From Escherichia phage REP8, in sequence record OQ174507.1: DNA of 64,000 nucleotides; one strand, given 5' to 3'. The translations under genes were made by a program, and so were the position numbers. The notes under the pieces are model-generated. The model ran no database searches. It had not been told where the DNA came from and saw only the letters and a program-made list of their open reading frames with translations. Below, piece after piece: positions 27,758 through 38,313 of this stretch (position 1 is its first letter; each line of letters opens with the position of its first letter).

Positions 27758-28798
27758 ATGGAGAAGTACACATTAACAAAACTTCCCGATTCAGTTACAC
27801 ATGTTTTTATTGACTCTGACAGTATTGCCTATAAAGGTGCTTGTGTAGTTGAGAAAGCAAAATATAAATATGTCAATAAACTCACAGCAGAAGAGTCTGA
27901 GCCATTTGATAATGCGAAAGATGCTGCAAGATGGTTAGCAGACCAGAGAATCCTTGTGGAAGAGCTTGGTCTGACATTTGATGAAGATGAATGGGAAAGA
28001 CAGACTTGGAAAGAAGCTAAGAGTGAAAAAGAAGCTATCATGGCTACTCAACAGGTGCTTCAGGAATGGCTTAAGGTTGTTGGTAAAGAGAGAACTTGGG
28101 TAGGTTATTTAACAGAGAAAGGTGTGCATAAACATAAAGACATTAAAGGTCTTGAGCACCAATATCAAGGGAACCGTAAAGATGCTGTCACACCAACACA
28201 CTTAGTTGCTTGTCGTGAATACCTTTTATCCAGACCAGAGTTCAAGCTGATTCTTGATGGATTTGAAGCTGACTCTATCGTTATTGCTAAAGCTGAAAAG
28301 ATGGGAAAAAAGGCTGCCTTAATGAGTATTGATAAAGACCTTCGCCAAGCTGAAGGGACTTACTGCATTGATATGACCTATGAAAAGTCGCCTTTGATTT
28401 TTATTGCTGATAACAACGTTGGTGAAATTTGGGATTGTCCAATAAAATCGACACCAAAAGCTAAGAAGACAGTTGGTGTGGGTTTTAAATTCCTTTGTTA
28501 TCAAGCTGTGGCTGGTGACAATGCTGATAATTATTTTGGTTTAAAGGGCGTTGGTAAGGCTACTGTAATGAAAGCCCTTGAAGGTAAAAATACTTATAAA
28601 GAGTGTCTTGATGCTATCTATGAACTTTATGCTAAGAAAGAGTCATACACTTATGTATCATGGGATGGTCAAACAATTACCAGAACACCTTTAGAGTTAA
28701 TGCAGCAACACTTTTTCTTAGCTTATCAGGAAAGAAATAAGAAAGACGATTTTACTTTTAAGAAATATAATTGGGAGCCGTGTATGAATGAAGATTAA
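27758..28798 (+). CDS. 5'-3' exonuclease / flap endonuclease
   Basis: Acidic-residue N-terminal domain and helix-3-turn-helix-like NYFGLKGVGKATVMKAL. Confidence 0.55.
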   Translation: MEKYTLTKLPDSVTHVFIDSDSIAYKGACVVEKAKYKYVNKLTAEESEPFDNAKDAARWLADQRILVEELGLTFDEDEWERQTWKEAKSEKEAIMATQQVLQEWLKVVGKERTWVGYLTEKGVHKHKDIKGLEHQYQGNRKDAVTPTHLVACREYLLSRPEFKLILDGFEADSIVIAKAEKMGKKAALMSIDKDLRQAEGTYCIDMTYEKSPLIFIADNNVGEIWDCPIKSTPKAKKTVGVGFKFLCYQAVAGDNADNYFGLKGVGKATVMKALEGKNTYKECLDAIYELYAKKESYTYVSWDGQTITRTPLELMQQHFFLAYQERNKKDDFTFKKYNWEPCMNED

Positions 28799-29285
28799 AG
28801 GATTTGGTAATTGCCCCACCTATGGTCATTGGGTATCTTTATGTGGGGAAGTTGACCCCACTAAACATTTTGGTTTTGTCTATTTAGTACACTGTAAGAA
28901 AACCGGACAATATTATATAGGAAGGAAACAGTTTAACAGTGTTACCAAAAGAAAAGTTGCTGGAAAGACTCGGAAGAAGGTAGTCACTAAGGAGAGTGAT
29001 TGGATGACTTATGAGACTTCTTCTGAGTATATTAAAAAAGATATTGAGAGCTTTGGAAAAGAATTTTTTGACTTTTACATTATTCAGACCTACTACACAA
29101 AAGGTGGCCTAGTTTATGGTGAAGCAAACCTTCAACATAAGTTCGATGTAATGACAAAAAGGATTGACTCGAAGCTCAGACTCTTCTACAATGCCAATAT
29201 TGCAGCAATTAAGTTTATCACTAAAGAAACTTATGAAGATGCTGAAAAAAGAATCCATAAGGTAATGAAAGCAAATTGTGCTTGA
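28788..29285 (+). CDS. GIY-YIG-like nuclease
   Basis: GFVYLVHCKKTGQYYIGRK matches GIY-(~9)-YIG spacing; overlaps 3' end of exonuclease gene. Confidence 0.4.
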   Translation: MKIKGFGNCPTYGHWVSLCGEVDPTKHFGFVYLVHCKKTGQYYIGRKQFNSVTKRKVAGKTRKKVVTKESDWMTYETSSEYIKKDIESFGKEFFDFYIIQTYYTKGGLVYGEANLQHKFDVMTKRIDSKLRLFYNANIAAIKFITKETYEDAEKRIHKVMKANCA

Positions 29286-29291
29286 TAACTA

Positions 29292-29555
29292 TTGAGAGAG
29301 AATAAAATGTTTAACAAAAGCAAAGCTGTGAGTCATGTAGCAAAAGTTGACAGCAAGATTGAAGAACTTGAGCGCATCCTTGCAAATGCTAGAGAGTCAA
29401 TAATCAAAGAAGTTGAAGCTGTTGAATCTCAAATGCAGCACCTAATGCTTAAACGTCAAGAGCTACGTGAGCATCTAGAATATATTGAAACACGAGAGCT
29501 AAAAGTTAACAGATATTTTAAGGAGTCCGAATGTTTAACTCAAGAGAATCAGTAA
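29292..29555 (+). CDS. hypothetical coiled-coil protein
   Basis: ORF only. Confidence 0.25.
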   Translation: MRENKMFNKSKAVSHVAKVDSKIEELERILANARESIIKEVEAVESQMQHLMLKRQELREHLEYIETRELKVNRYFKESECLTQENQ

Positions 29556-30286
29556 AAAACTGGAACCTTCGTTGTGGAAACACTCAAAAGCAACCTTACA
29601 GTAATGAGTATTGGGAATCTTTAAAATCTCAATCTCTGTGTATGCTTGAAGAAGCAAAAGAGCTTGTAAAAGCAATTGAAGAGAAAGACCCCATTGAGAC
29701 ACTGGATGCTCAGGCAGATTTACAATATGTTCTTGACGGTTTGATTTACCTGTCACAACATGACCATAACGGTGCTATGGAAGCTGTTTGCCATAATAAT
29801 GACCTGAAGTACACAGATGACTATGAAGAAGCTTTAAAGCGTCTTGCAGATGTTGAGAAGCGTACTGGTCAAGAGTGTATCATCAGAATGTCAGTGGTTG
29901 ATGGTAAAGAGTGGTATGCGATTGTCCGTGCAGCCGATGGGAAGATTATGAAGCAATCTAACCTCCCTAAAGTACAGCTTGGCGAATACATTGTAGAGCT
30001 TGAAAGCCAAGAACTTTTTGTGGTAGTATCTGAGACATGCGTTATCTGCAAAGGTATTGTAGGTAGCTTAAAGGATTTGGGTGTAGGTGGTTTTGTAGAA
30101 GTTAATCCAATTACCTCTAAAGCAGATAAAGATTTCTGTAAAGAGAATGGACTATGGATTGCAGATATTGTCTACTATGATGGTGAGCAGTTCCATGTAA
30201 CCTCATACCCGAAACTGAATTATGATGCTAATAACCTGAAGTGCTGGTTAAAAGGGGTTGGTTATAATGGATTCACAGAGCATTAA
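29531..30286 (+). CDS. hypothetical protein (possible MazG-like NTP pyrophosphohydrolase)
   Basis: LEEAKELVKAIEEKDPIETLDAQADLQYVLDGLIYL resembles MazG EExxE...D motif; weak. Confidence 0.3.
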   Translation: MFNSRESVKNWNLRCGNTQKQPYSNEYWESLKSQSLCMLEEAKELVKAIEEKDPIETLDAQADLQYVLDGLIYLSQHDHNGAMEAVCHNNDLKYTDDYEEALKRLADVEKRTGQECIIRMSVVDGKEWYAIVRAADGKIMKQSNLPKVQLGEYIVELESQELFVVVSETCVICKGIVGSLKDLGVGGFVEVNPITSKADKDFCKENGLWIADIVYYDGEQFHVTSYPKLNYDANNLKCWLKGVGYNGFTEH

Positions 30287-30590
30287 TAAAGAAGGTGTGG
30301 CTCAGAAGAGCCACTTCTCAAACTACAATATCTCTATGACGGTGTTTATGTATGACCCGTTACTTGAGAAGTATGGTGAGACTCCAGATACACTTCTGGA
30401 TAATGAACAAGTTTTAAAAGCAGTCCTGTACAAATATGGGATTGATATCGAGAAAGAGTATTCCTTTGAAATCTGCCTACACAGAAATACTTTTGGGAAA
30501 GTTGTGATGGCTCCACTCTTCATGGGTGTAGAAAGAACTGACTATGGTTGGTTATATCTAAAAAGAAACTTGGAGAAATACCGTGTCTAA
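30258..30590 (+). CDS. hypothetical protein
   Basis: ORF only. Confidence 0.25.
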   Translation: MVIMDSQSINKEGVAQKSHFSNYNISMTVFMYDPLLEKYGETPDTLLDNEQVLKAVLYKYGIDIEKEYSFEICLHRNTFGKVVMAPLFMGVERTDYGWLYLKRNLEKYRV

Positions 30591-30918
30591 AGCAAAAAAG
30601 CTATCTTATGATGACATTATCTCAGGTGCTAAATTAGGTGTTGATAGTATCGGACAAGATGTTAAGCACGGGGACACAGTTATGTACTGTGATGACCGAA
30701 GAGGCAGAAGTGCAATCTTGTTTGGAAGAATTGTTTGCAAGATGCGAGGTAATTACGTTGTTGCAGACATGGATGAGAACACTACACAAGAGCTTGAAGC
30801 AATTATGAATGGCAACACATCATCGTGGTTCCTGAATTGTATGCACACTTCTTCAGTCACAAAGGTAAGTGATAAGTTTTACGATATGTGGCAGAATGAG
30901 CAAATTTTCAAGATTTAA
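30583..30918 (+). CDS. hypothetical protein
   Basis: ORF only. Confidence 0.25.
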   Translation: MSKAKKLSYDDIISGAKLGVDSIGQDVKHGDTVMYCDDRRGRSAILFGRIVCKMRGNYVVADMDENTTQELEAIMNGNTSSWFLNCMHTSSVTKVSDKFYDMWQNEQIFKI

Positions 30919-30923
30919 ACTAG

Positions 30924-30946
30924 GGAGCCTCTTCGGAGGCTCTTTT
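30924..30946 (+). terminator. intrinsic terminator
   Basis: GAGCCTC-TTCG-GAGGCTC hairpin followed by TTTT. Confidence 0.55.
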
Positions 30947-30964
30947 CATCTGTAGGATTCAAAA

Positions 30965-33199
30965 ATGATTAAGACAATTAAAAAATCAAACGGTACAGTA
31001 GTAAGCTTTGACCCAGAAAGATTGAATAAATGGGCATCATGGGCAGATAAGCGTGGAATTATCTGGTCAGAAGTCACTATGGAAGCTATGAAACGTGTCT
31101 ATGAAGGTTGCACTACAAAAGAGATGCACCAAGCCATGATTGATGTTTGCGTTGATAAACAAACTCAAGAGTACTCAGATATGGCTGGACGACTGCTTTT
31201 GGGTATTATCTACAAAGAAGCCTTTGGAGGTTTTACTAAGGTTCCTACGCTGATTACCTTCGTTAAAAATATGGAGAGAGCAGGACTTTGGGAGAAGATG
31301 GATTATTCACAGGAAGAGCTTGAATACCTGCAAGGTTACATCGTACACTCAAAAGATATCTCTTACGGTTATGCAGTCTTGAAACAGTTCAGAGACAAGT
31401 ATGGTATCCGTGATATTAAAACGGGAAGACTTTTTGAGTCACCGCAATTTATGTTTATGGGTATGGCTATGAAAGCCTTTGAGAAGCAACCAAAGCACCG
31501 TAGACTGCAAGATGTTATCAAGCTGTACACTTACCTATCTGACCTGAAGATTAACGCTCCTACACCTTATTTAAACGGTTTAAGAGCAACTAAATCAGGC
31601 TATGCGTCATGCTGTTTGATTAAGGCAAATGATACTGCTGAATCACTTGGTATTGCTGCAAAGGTTGCTTATGATATGACTACAAAGCAAGCTGGTATCG
31701 GTATGCTGATGGAGACTCGCACTATTGGTGATGGTATCCGTCAAAACACGATTGAGCACATGGGTAAGCTACCTTATTACAAGCTTGTACGTTCATCTGT
31801 AGAGGCAAACAAACAGAAGAGTCGTGGTGGTTCAGCTAATAACTTCTACACTGCTCTAGACCCGCAGATTGAAGATTTACTGCGTTTGAAGCACCCTACA
31901 ACGGTTCCTTCTAAACGTATTAATGAGATGGACTACTCATTCGGCACAAACGATTATTTCTGGCAGTGTGTTCAGTATGATACGGATTGGTTGCTATTCT
32001 CTTACAAAGATGCACCAAAACTCTATGACATGTTCTACACAGCATCTGCTGATGAGTTTGCTATGGCAGTTGGTCACGCAGTACATTCAGGTGTTAAACA
32101 CAGACGAGTAAAGGCTCGTGAAATTGCCAAGCTGTTTATTCAACAGCGTTATGCAACAGGCCGTGTGTACCCATTCTTCACGAATAATGCAAACACACAT
32201 ACACCATTTAAAGAGCCTTTGAAGATGTCAAATCTTTGTATGGAAATTGTGTTGCCAGTGTATGGTTTTGAGAAAGAGACAGACCTTTACAGAGATGATG
32301 CTGTGAAAGAAGATGGTGAGGTAGCTCTTTGCTTCCTAGCTAGTTTGGTTGCAGGGAGAATTTCAGAAGATGAATACGCTGACGTTGCTTATTATGCTCT
32401 TGCAATGGTTGACTCCGTTATTGACCTTATGGATTATCCGTATCCGTCGATGCGTAACCATGTTCAGAAGCGCCGTTCTGTTGGGATTGGCCTTACAAAT
32501 GTGGCTCATTACCTTGCGAAGAACTACGTGAACTACTCTTCACGAGCAGGTAAAACGAAACTTCATGAACTGGCAGAGATGCACTCTTACTACTTACACG
32601 AAGCCTCTCTGAGACTTGCTAAAGAACGTGGCGTGCCAGAGTACATGAAGTTCACTAAGTACCCTGAAGGCTGGGTTCCTCCAAAGACAGCCAACAAGAA
32701 GATTGATGAAAAGCATGATGCAAAACTACGATATGATTGGGATGACTTAGCACAACGTATAAAAGAAAATGGTGGAATCCGAAACTCTGTATTAGAAGCT
32801 TACATGCCTAATGAGAGTTCTTCACTAGCAACTAACACGACAAATGGCTTGTACCCAATTCGTGACTTTATTTTAACTAAAAAGTCTGCAACTGGTAACG
32901 TACTGTTTATTGTTCCAGATTATGAAGAGTTGAAGTATGTTTATGAAATTGCTTGGGATATTGACACCTTTGATATGATTGATTGTTATGCAATTGTTCA
33001 AAAGTTCACTGGTCAAGCTATTTCTTCAGACTTCTATGTTGACTATGCAAAGTCTAAGAAGGTATCATTAGCTCAAGCTTTGAAGTACATGATTTATGCC
33101 AACTCGGTAGGTATGAAAACCATGTACTACCTTAACAGTCGCATTGGTGTAGGTAAATCTGCACTGCAAGATGCTTATTGCGAGGGTTGTGGTGTTTAG
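30965..33199 (+). CDS. nrdA: ribonucleotide reductase class Ia large subunit
   Basis: 744 aa; N-terminal ATP-cone-like segment; followed by nrdB. Confidence 0.8.
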   Translation: MIKTIKKSNGTVVSFDPERLNKWASWADKRGIIWSEVTMEAMKRVYEGCTTKEMHQAMIDVCVDKQTQEYSDMAGRLLLGIIYKEAFGGFTKVPTLITFVKNMERAGLWEKMDYSQEELEYLQGYIVHSKDISYGYAVLKQFRDKYGIRDIKTGRLFESPQFMFMGMAMKAFEKQPKHRRLQDVIKLYTYLSDLKINAPTPYLNGLRATKSGYASCCLIKANDTAESLGIAAKVAYDMTTKQAGIGMLMETRTIGDGIRQNTIEHMGKLPYYKLVRSSVEANKQKSRGGSANNFYTALDPQIEDLLRLKHPTTVPSKRINEMDYSFGTNDYFWQCVQYDTDWLLFSYKDAPKLYDMFYTASADEFAMAVGHAVHSGVKHRRVKAREIAKLFIQQRYATGRVYPFFTNNANTHTPFKEPLKMSNLCMEIVLPVYGFEKETDLYRDDAVKEDGEVALCFLASLVAGRISEDEYADVAYYALAMVDSVIDLMDYPYPSMRNHVQKRRSVGIGLTNVAHYLAKNYVNYSSRAGKTKLHELAEMHSYYLHEASLRLAKERGVPEYMKFTKYPEGWVPPKTANKKIDEKHDAKLRYDWDDLAQRIKENGGIRNSVLEAYMPNESSSLATNTTNGLYPIRDFILTKKSATGNVLFIVPDYEELKYVYEIAWDIDTFDMIDCYAIVQKFTGQAISSDFYVDYAKSKKVSLAQALKYMIYANSVGMKTMYYLNSRIGVGKSALQDAYCEGCGV

Positions 33200-33254
33200 T
33201 TTTAACAACTATGAGGGTCGTAAAAGACCCTCTAAAAATAACTTTGGAGAGACC

Positions 33255-33512
33255 ATGAAAGATTTAATAGAAAAACATGAGCGACCTATATACTTGCTCC
33301 ACAAGCCTCGGAAAACGATGTACTATGTGAGTAGCACAGATATGATGATAAAACAAAATGATGACTCATGGGTTGCTGGTATCTCTTACATCTCTACAGC
33401 AGATGGTAAAATCTACGCAAGACCTTATGAGATGTTTAACAAAGAAAATTGGGAAGTTTTAGACAGAAAACAAGCCTTAGAAATGATAAAGAAAGGAGAA
33501 ATCACGCTATGA
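33255..33512 (+). CDS. small hypothetical protein between nrdA and nrdB
   Basis: ATG at 33255 with GGAGAG SD; stop overlaps nrdB ATG (ATGA). Confidence 0.25.
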   Translation: MKDLIEKHERPIYLLHKPRKTMYYVSSTDMMIKQNDDSWVAGISYISTADGKIYARPYEMFNKENWEVLDRKQALEMIKKGEITL

Positions 33513-34582
33513 TTAACCAGCACCCAATCTTTTTAGGTGGTGAGAGAAAGACATTTGACTCACTTAATAAACACTACCCAAAAATCTTTGAGCTTTATAA
33601 ACAACAAAAGGCACAAGACTGGTCAGAAGATGAGTTTCCTTTTGAACAATCACGTCTTGATTTTGAGAGTGTGCCAGCATCAATGTCAGGTGTAATGCTT
33701 GAGATTCTTAAGTGGCAGTGGGAAGCAGATACCCAAGTTGCTAAGAGCTTGGCATTTGCCTTTGCACCATTTATCTCTGATGACATCTATGCAACTGCAA
33801 TTATGAAGCAGTCTGAGATTGAAAACCTACATGCTCTTACTTACTCAGAGATTGTAAGGCAATGTATTAAAAACCCTGAAACAATCTTAGATGAGATTAA
33901 CCAGAATGTTGCTGTGCAAGACCGATTAAAAACTGTGAATCGTGTTCTTGAAGAATTACTGGATGAAGGCATAAACTATCGCCTGAGTTATGTGCGTGAT
34001 TCGCTTCTGGACAAAGACCCTTTACACTTCCATAAAGTGATTCTAAAAGGTCTATTTGCAGTGACTGCACTGGAAGGTATATCTTTTATGGCATCCTTTG
34101 CATGTACTTTTGCACTTGATGCTCAAGATAAATTTCAGGGTATTGCTCAAGCTGTCCAGAAAATTATGCTTGACGAAATCCTTCACACTAAAATTGATAT
34201 TGAAGTTTTAAAAGAAACTTTAAGAGATGATGAGTGGCAGAAAGCTTTTCAACAAATTCTTCCAGAGATTAAAGTAATCTTAGATGAAGTGGTTGAAAGT
34301 GAAGAGAAATGGTCGTATTATATCTTCTCCGAAGGACGTGCTGTAGTCGGCTTAAATACAAAGCTTCTTCATGAGTGGGTTTACTATAATGCTGCCCCAC
34401 TGTATGATATGTTTGGCATTCCCAGAGATTTTGTAGCTCCTAAAGAACCACCTTTGAAGTACATGATTAAGAAGATGGAAATTGATAAAGAGCAGAATGC
34501 TAATCAGGAGCAGCAGAACGGTGCGTACCTGTTGAATACTGTTGTAGATGATTTGAATAGTGGATTTTTAGAGGTTCCTTAA
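33509..34582 (+). CDS. nrdB: ribonucleotide reductase class Ia small subunit (start placed at internal ATG with AGGAG SD)
   Basis: Position after nrdA and size; glutaredoxin gene follows. Confidence 0.75.
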   Translation: MINQHPIFLGGERKTFDSLNKHYPKIFELYKQQKAQDWSEDEFPFEQSRLDFESVPASMSGVMLEILKWQWEADTQVAKSLAFAFAPFISDDIYATAIMKQSEIENLHALTYSEIVRQCIKNPETILDEINQNVAVQDRLKTVNRVLEELLDEGINYRLSYVRDSLLDKDPLHFHKVILKGLFAVTALEGISFMASFACTFALDAQDKFQGIAQAVQKIMLDEILHTKIDIEVLKETLRDDEWQKAFQQILPEIKVILDEVVESEEKWSYYIFSEGRAVVGLNTKLLHEWVYYNAAPLYDMFGIPRDFVAPKEPPLKYMIKKMEIDKEQNANQEQQNGAYLLNTVVDDLNSGFLEVP

Positions 34583-34824
34583 TGACTTATGTAATTTACT
34601 CCAAAACTGGATGCCCTCAGTGTGAGACTGCAAAGAATTTTGCAAAAGCTCGTGGTATTGACCATGTTGTGAGGATGTTAGGGCAGGATTATGAGCTATC
34701 AGAACTAATGGACATTGCACAGATGCCAGTTCGTCAGATGCCATTCATCATGAAAACTGATGGACAAAACCTAAAACCTGTTGGGACGCTACAGAATTTT
34801 ATGGCAGAGGTGAATAATGCTTAA
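34582..34824 (+). CDS. glutaredoxin-like protein
   Basis: 80 aa with CPQC active-site motif near N-terminus. Confidence 0.55.
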   Translation: MTYVIYSKTGCPQCETAKNFAKARGIDHVVRMLGQDYELSELMDIAQMPVRQMPFIMKTDGQNLKPVGTLQNFMAEVNNA

Positions 34825-35023
34825 ACGCCTTTGGGAAGGTTTGGTTGTTGATGCACCAGCTATTGTGATTGGTATGCTTATTGTTAACCTATTTACTGAC
34901 TTTGAACAAGGTTCGTTGTTTGGAGCCATGTTACTATGGGTTATCTTCGAAATATTAGAGATACAGTTAGGTATCACTGAAAAACTAAGAGAACTCTTTG
35001 CGAAGTTTTCTAAAAAGATTTAA
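34817..35023 (+). CDS. small membrane protein
   Basis: Two hydrophobic segments. Confidence 0.3.
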   Translation: MLKRLWEGLVVDAPAIVIGMLIVNLFTDFEQGSLFGAMLLWVIFEILEIQLGITEKLRELFAKFSKKI

Positions 35024-35029
35024 AATGAA

Positions 35030-35052
35030 AGGGTCTCTTCGGAGACCTTTTT
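35030..35052 (+). terminator. intrinsic terminator
   Basis: GGTCTC-TTCG-GAGACC hairpin followed by TTTTT. Confidence 0.55.
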
Positions 35053-35071
35053 AGAATGTAAAGGGGCAATA

Positions 35072-36268
35072 ATGAACAAAGTACAGATTATTAAAAAGAA
35101 TGGCTCACTCGAAGAACCTGATATCAAAAAAGTTTTAACAGCAGTCACAAAGTCAGCTAATAGGGTTGGGTATAAAGAACTCCCGCCAGATGTTACCCAA
35201 GCTCTTGAGTCAGCATTTATGAGGGTTCTGGTAAAATCCACTAAGCAGAATAATTTACTCGTTTCAGTAAATGATATTCACAGTATTGTTGAGGGTGCTT
35301 TGGCAGAAGTCAATCACGAGATTTATGAGTCTTACTCAACATATAGAAATTACCGTAAAGAGGTTGCTCAAAACTGGGATGAACTCTACCAGAAGACTAA
35401 AGATACACTCTTCTTAGGTGACCGTGAAAATGCTAATTTTGACAGCAGTTTAATTTCTACGAAAGGTTCAATTATCCGTGGTTACCTGACTAAAGAAATC
35501 TTTAAACAGTATCATCTAACACCAGAGGAACTTGAAGCCATTGAGAAAGGCTTTGTCTATATCCATGATTTAAGAGACCTGATTTTTGGTGGTATTAACT
35601 GTTGCCTGTTTGACATTGGTAAAGTACTAAAAGGTGGCTTTGAAATGTCCGGCATTGAGTACTGTGAACCTAAATCTGTACTGTCAGCGTTGCAGGTTAT
35701 TGGTGACGTAGTACTTTCAGCAACTGCACAGCAATTTGGTGGTTTTACTTTAGCAGAGATTGATAAGGTACTTGTACCGTATGCGAAGAAGTCTCTACGC
35801 TATCATGCTGAGAAAGCATCATCTTATGGTATCCCTAAAGAGCATTACCACAATTATGTCATGGAGCAGCTACAGATTGAACTGACTCAAGGTTTCCAGT
35901 CGCTTGAAATGAAACTAAACACTGTACCTTGTAGTCGTGGGGATTTTGCATTTACAACTTTGACATTCGGGTTACTTGACTCAGACATGTCTAATGAAGA
36001 CAACCGACTGCAATACATGATTGCAAGTACTCTCCTAGATGTTCGTATGAATGGACAAGGTAAGAGTAAGAAGCCTGTTGTATTCCCTAAACTGGTTTAT
36101 ATTTATGACCAGAAGAGACATAATGAGAATATCTGTCAAGGCCACCTGTACAGTAAAGCTATAGAGTGTTGCTCTAAAGCGATGTATCCAGATTTCTTAA
36201 GTGTATCTGGTCATGGTGCTGTAGCAGAAGCTTTTGAGCGTTCTGGTAAGGTTATTTCACCGATGGGT
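35072..36268 (+). CDS. nrdD: anaerobic ribonucleotide reductase, exon 1
   Basis: ORF ends ...VISPMG then TAA; continuation found in frame at 36585. Confidence 0.7.
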
Positions 36269-36584
36269 TAACAAGCTCTATAGCTCATCTAAAACGTGCC
36301 TAAACAGGGAAACTCTACAGATGTAGACAATCCTGTGCTAAATGATGTACGATGTAAGAAACTATACAACATAGGGGTCTTACATGCCAAATAACTTCGA
36401 ATATGAGTTTGGATACATCTAAATGCCGAACGACTAACCGTGATGAATGTAGCGGTGTAGGGTCAAGCGACTCGAAATGGTACGCTACTTAGAAATAAGT
36501 AGAAGATATAGTCTGGACTTACTGGCGACAGTAAGCAGCTTGAATAAAGCGGGGTAAGCGTAGCGAACTTACCTGAACAACAAG
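36269..36584 (+). ncRNA. putative group I self-splicing intron in nrdD
   Basis: 316-nt ORF-less insertion; 5' exon ends in U, insertion ends in G; S-like AAGATATAGTCTGG (36503-36516) and R-like CGAACGACTAACC (36428-36440); downstream frame encodes CRAFLSPYHNEDGEEFYVGRANIGAVSLNLP. Confidence 0.55.
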
Positions 36585-37532
36585 TGTAGAGCGTTTTTAT
36601 CACCATACCATAACGAAGATGGTGAAGAGTTTTATGTAGGTCGTGCTAACATTGGTGCTGTATCTTTGAACTTACCAATGATTTACCAGTACTCTAAAGA
36701 GAATGGTTTAGATTTCTGGAAAGAGCTTGATAAGTACCTAGAAATGATTCGCAGCTTCCACAAGAAACGCTACGAAATGATTGCTAATATGCCAGCAAGT
36801 TCTAACCCTCTTGCATTCACACAAGGTGGTCTGTACAAAGGGACTAAGAAACCTACTGACAAGGTTGGTTGGGATATCGTGAAGTCCTTCACAGCTTCTT
36901 TTGGGGTTACTGCGCTTGATGAGCTATCTGTTCTTGCTGAAGGTAAACGACTTCATGAAGTTGGAAGCTGTAGTTTTGCATACGATGTTCTGGAATACAT
37001 CAACATGAAAACTGAAGAGTTTAAGAACGAAGATGGCTTCTTGTATGCGGTATATGGCACTCCAGCAGAATCACTTTGCGGAACTCAGCTAAAACAGTTC
37101 AGAGATATGTTTGGCGTTATTAAAGGTGTCTCTGACAAGGAATACTTTACAAACAGTTTCCATATGAATGTTGCAGCAGACATTACACCATTTGAGAAGC
37201 AGGACTTAGAAGAACCCTTCTTTCATATCTGTAGAGGCGGCAGAATCCAGTATGTAAGGGTAGCTAATCCAGAAAACTTATCAGCACTTAAAAGTTGTAT
37301 TACAAGAGGGATGTTGAAAGGTTTCTATCAGGGACTTAACTTTGACTTAGCAATCTGTGAACATTGTGGTAACAGACCAAAGGCTGATGTTGAAGAATGT
37401 GAGGTTTGCCATTCACACGATATCTCTGTGATTAACAGGGTGTGCGGGTACTTGTCATTCACAAAAATTAAAGGTCAGTCTCGAATGAATGACGCTAAGA
37501 TGGCAGAAATTAAGGATAGAGTATCTATGTAA
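36585..37532 (+). CDS. nrdD: anaerobic ribonucleotide reductase, exon 2 (glycyl-radical domain)
   Basis: C-terminal Cys cluster CEHCGN...CEVC and glycyl-radical motif RVCGYLS. Confidence 0.75.
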   Translation, partial: CRAFLSPYHNEDGEEFYVGRANIGAVSLNLPMIYQYSKENGLDFWKELDKYLEMIRSFHKKRYEMIANMPASSNPLAFTQGGLYKGTKKPTDKVGWDIVKSFTASFGVTALDELSVLAEGKRLHEVGSCSFAYDVLEYINMKTEEFKNEDGFLYAVYGTPAESLCGTQLKQFRDMFGVIKGVSDKEYFTNSFHMNVAADITPFEKQDLEEPFFHICRGGRIQYVRVANPENLSALKSCITRGMLKGFYQGLNFDLAICEHCGNRPKADVEECEVCHSHDISVINRVCGYLSFTKIKGQSRMNDAKMAEIKDRVSM

Positions 37533-37685
37533 AACTTGACAAGGTGGTGTGGGTCTTGATAGGCTTACATCACCTTTTTATTGGATGTTAGATATGGCTG
37601 AGAGTATTATTGGGTTGTTCATAGGTTCTGTCTTACTAGGGTTCTTTTTAGGACTCTCTTATTGTGAATTGAGAGATAAGTTAAA

Positions 37686-37886
37686 ATGTTTAAAATATCA
37701 AAAACGTTGATATACATACTCCACATTTTAATCTTCTTCTTTGGGGTTAGTGTTATGGTATGGGGTTTTTCAGACCCACAATGGAGTTTATCATATCATG
37801 GTCAGATGGATTTATGGTCATGCTTCAAACCATTTTTAGGGTTAGCTATAGCATTCAGTGCATTACCAACTAAGGTGAAATTATGA
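37686..37886 (+). CDS. small membrane protein
   Basis: Two predicted TM segments. Confidence 0.3.
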   Translation: MFKISKTLIYILHILIFFFGVSVMVWGFSDPQWSLSYHGQMDLWSCFKPFLGLAIAFSALPTKVKL

Positions 37887-38278
37887 TTAAGTTAAACCAA
37901 AAACAGTTAGAGTGGCTTAAAGATTATGCCTCAGAGTGTGGCTCTTATGAAAAGAATCACGTAAGATACTCAACATTCCACACGACCTTTACATTGTACA
38001 TTAGTGACAACGTTCTAAGTGATTCCGTAGAAGATTGTGCAGCGTTGCCTAATGAGTTGCTTGACAAATTAGTTGTAGTCACTGGAACTTGGTCTGAAGA
38101 AGACGGCCATGAATTATCTAACGATGTTGTCTTCTACAGTCTTGAAAATATCATGAATCCAGAGTACATTATGCTAATGACTTGCGCACAAGACTGTGTG
38201 CCATTACAAAACTTCATTAAAGAACACTGTGAAGAATTTATTACTAAACTGGTCCCTTGTCAGGTAGTGTTTGAATGA
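37883..38278 (+). CDS. hypothetical protein
   Basis: ORF only. Confidence 0.3.
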   Translation: MIKLNQKQLEWLKDYASECGSYEKNHVRYSTFHTTFTLYISDNVLSDSVEDCAALPNELLDKLVVVTGTWSEEDGHELSNDVVFYSLENIMNPEYIMLMTCAQDCVPLQNFIKEHCEEFITKLVPCQVVFE

Positions 38279-38313
38279 GTAAAATAATTAAATAATATTG
38301 GTGAGGTAACTAG

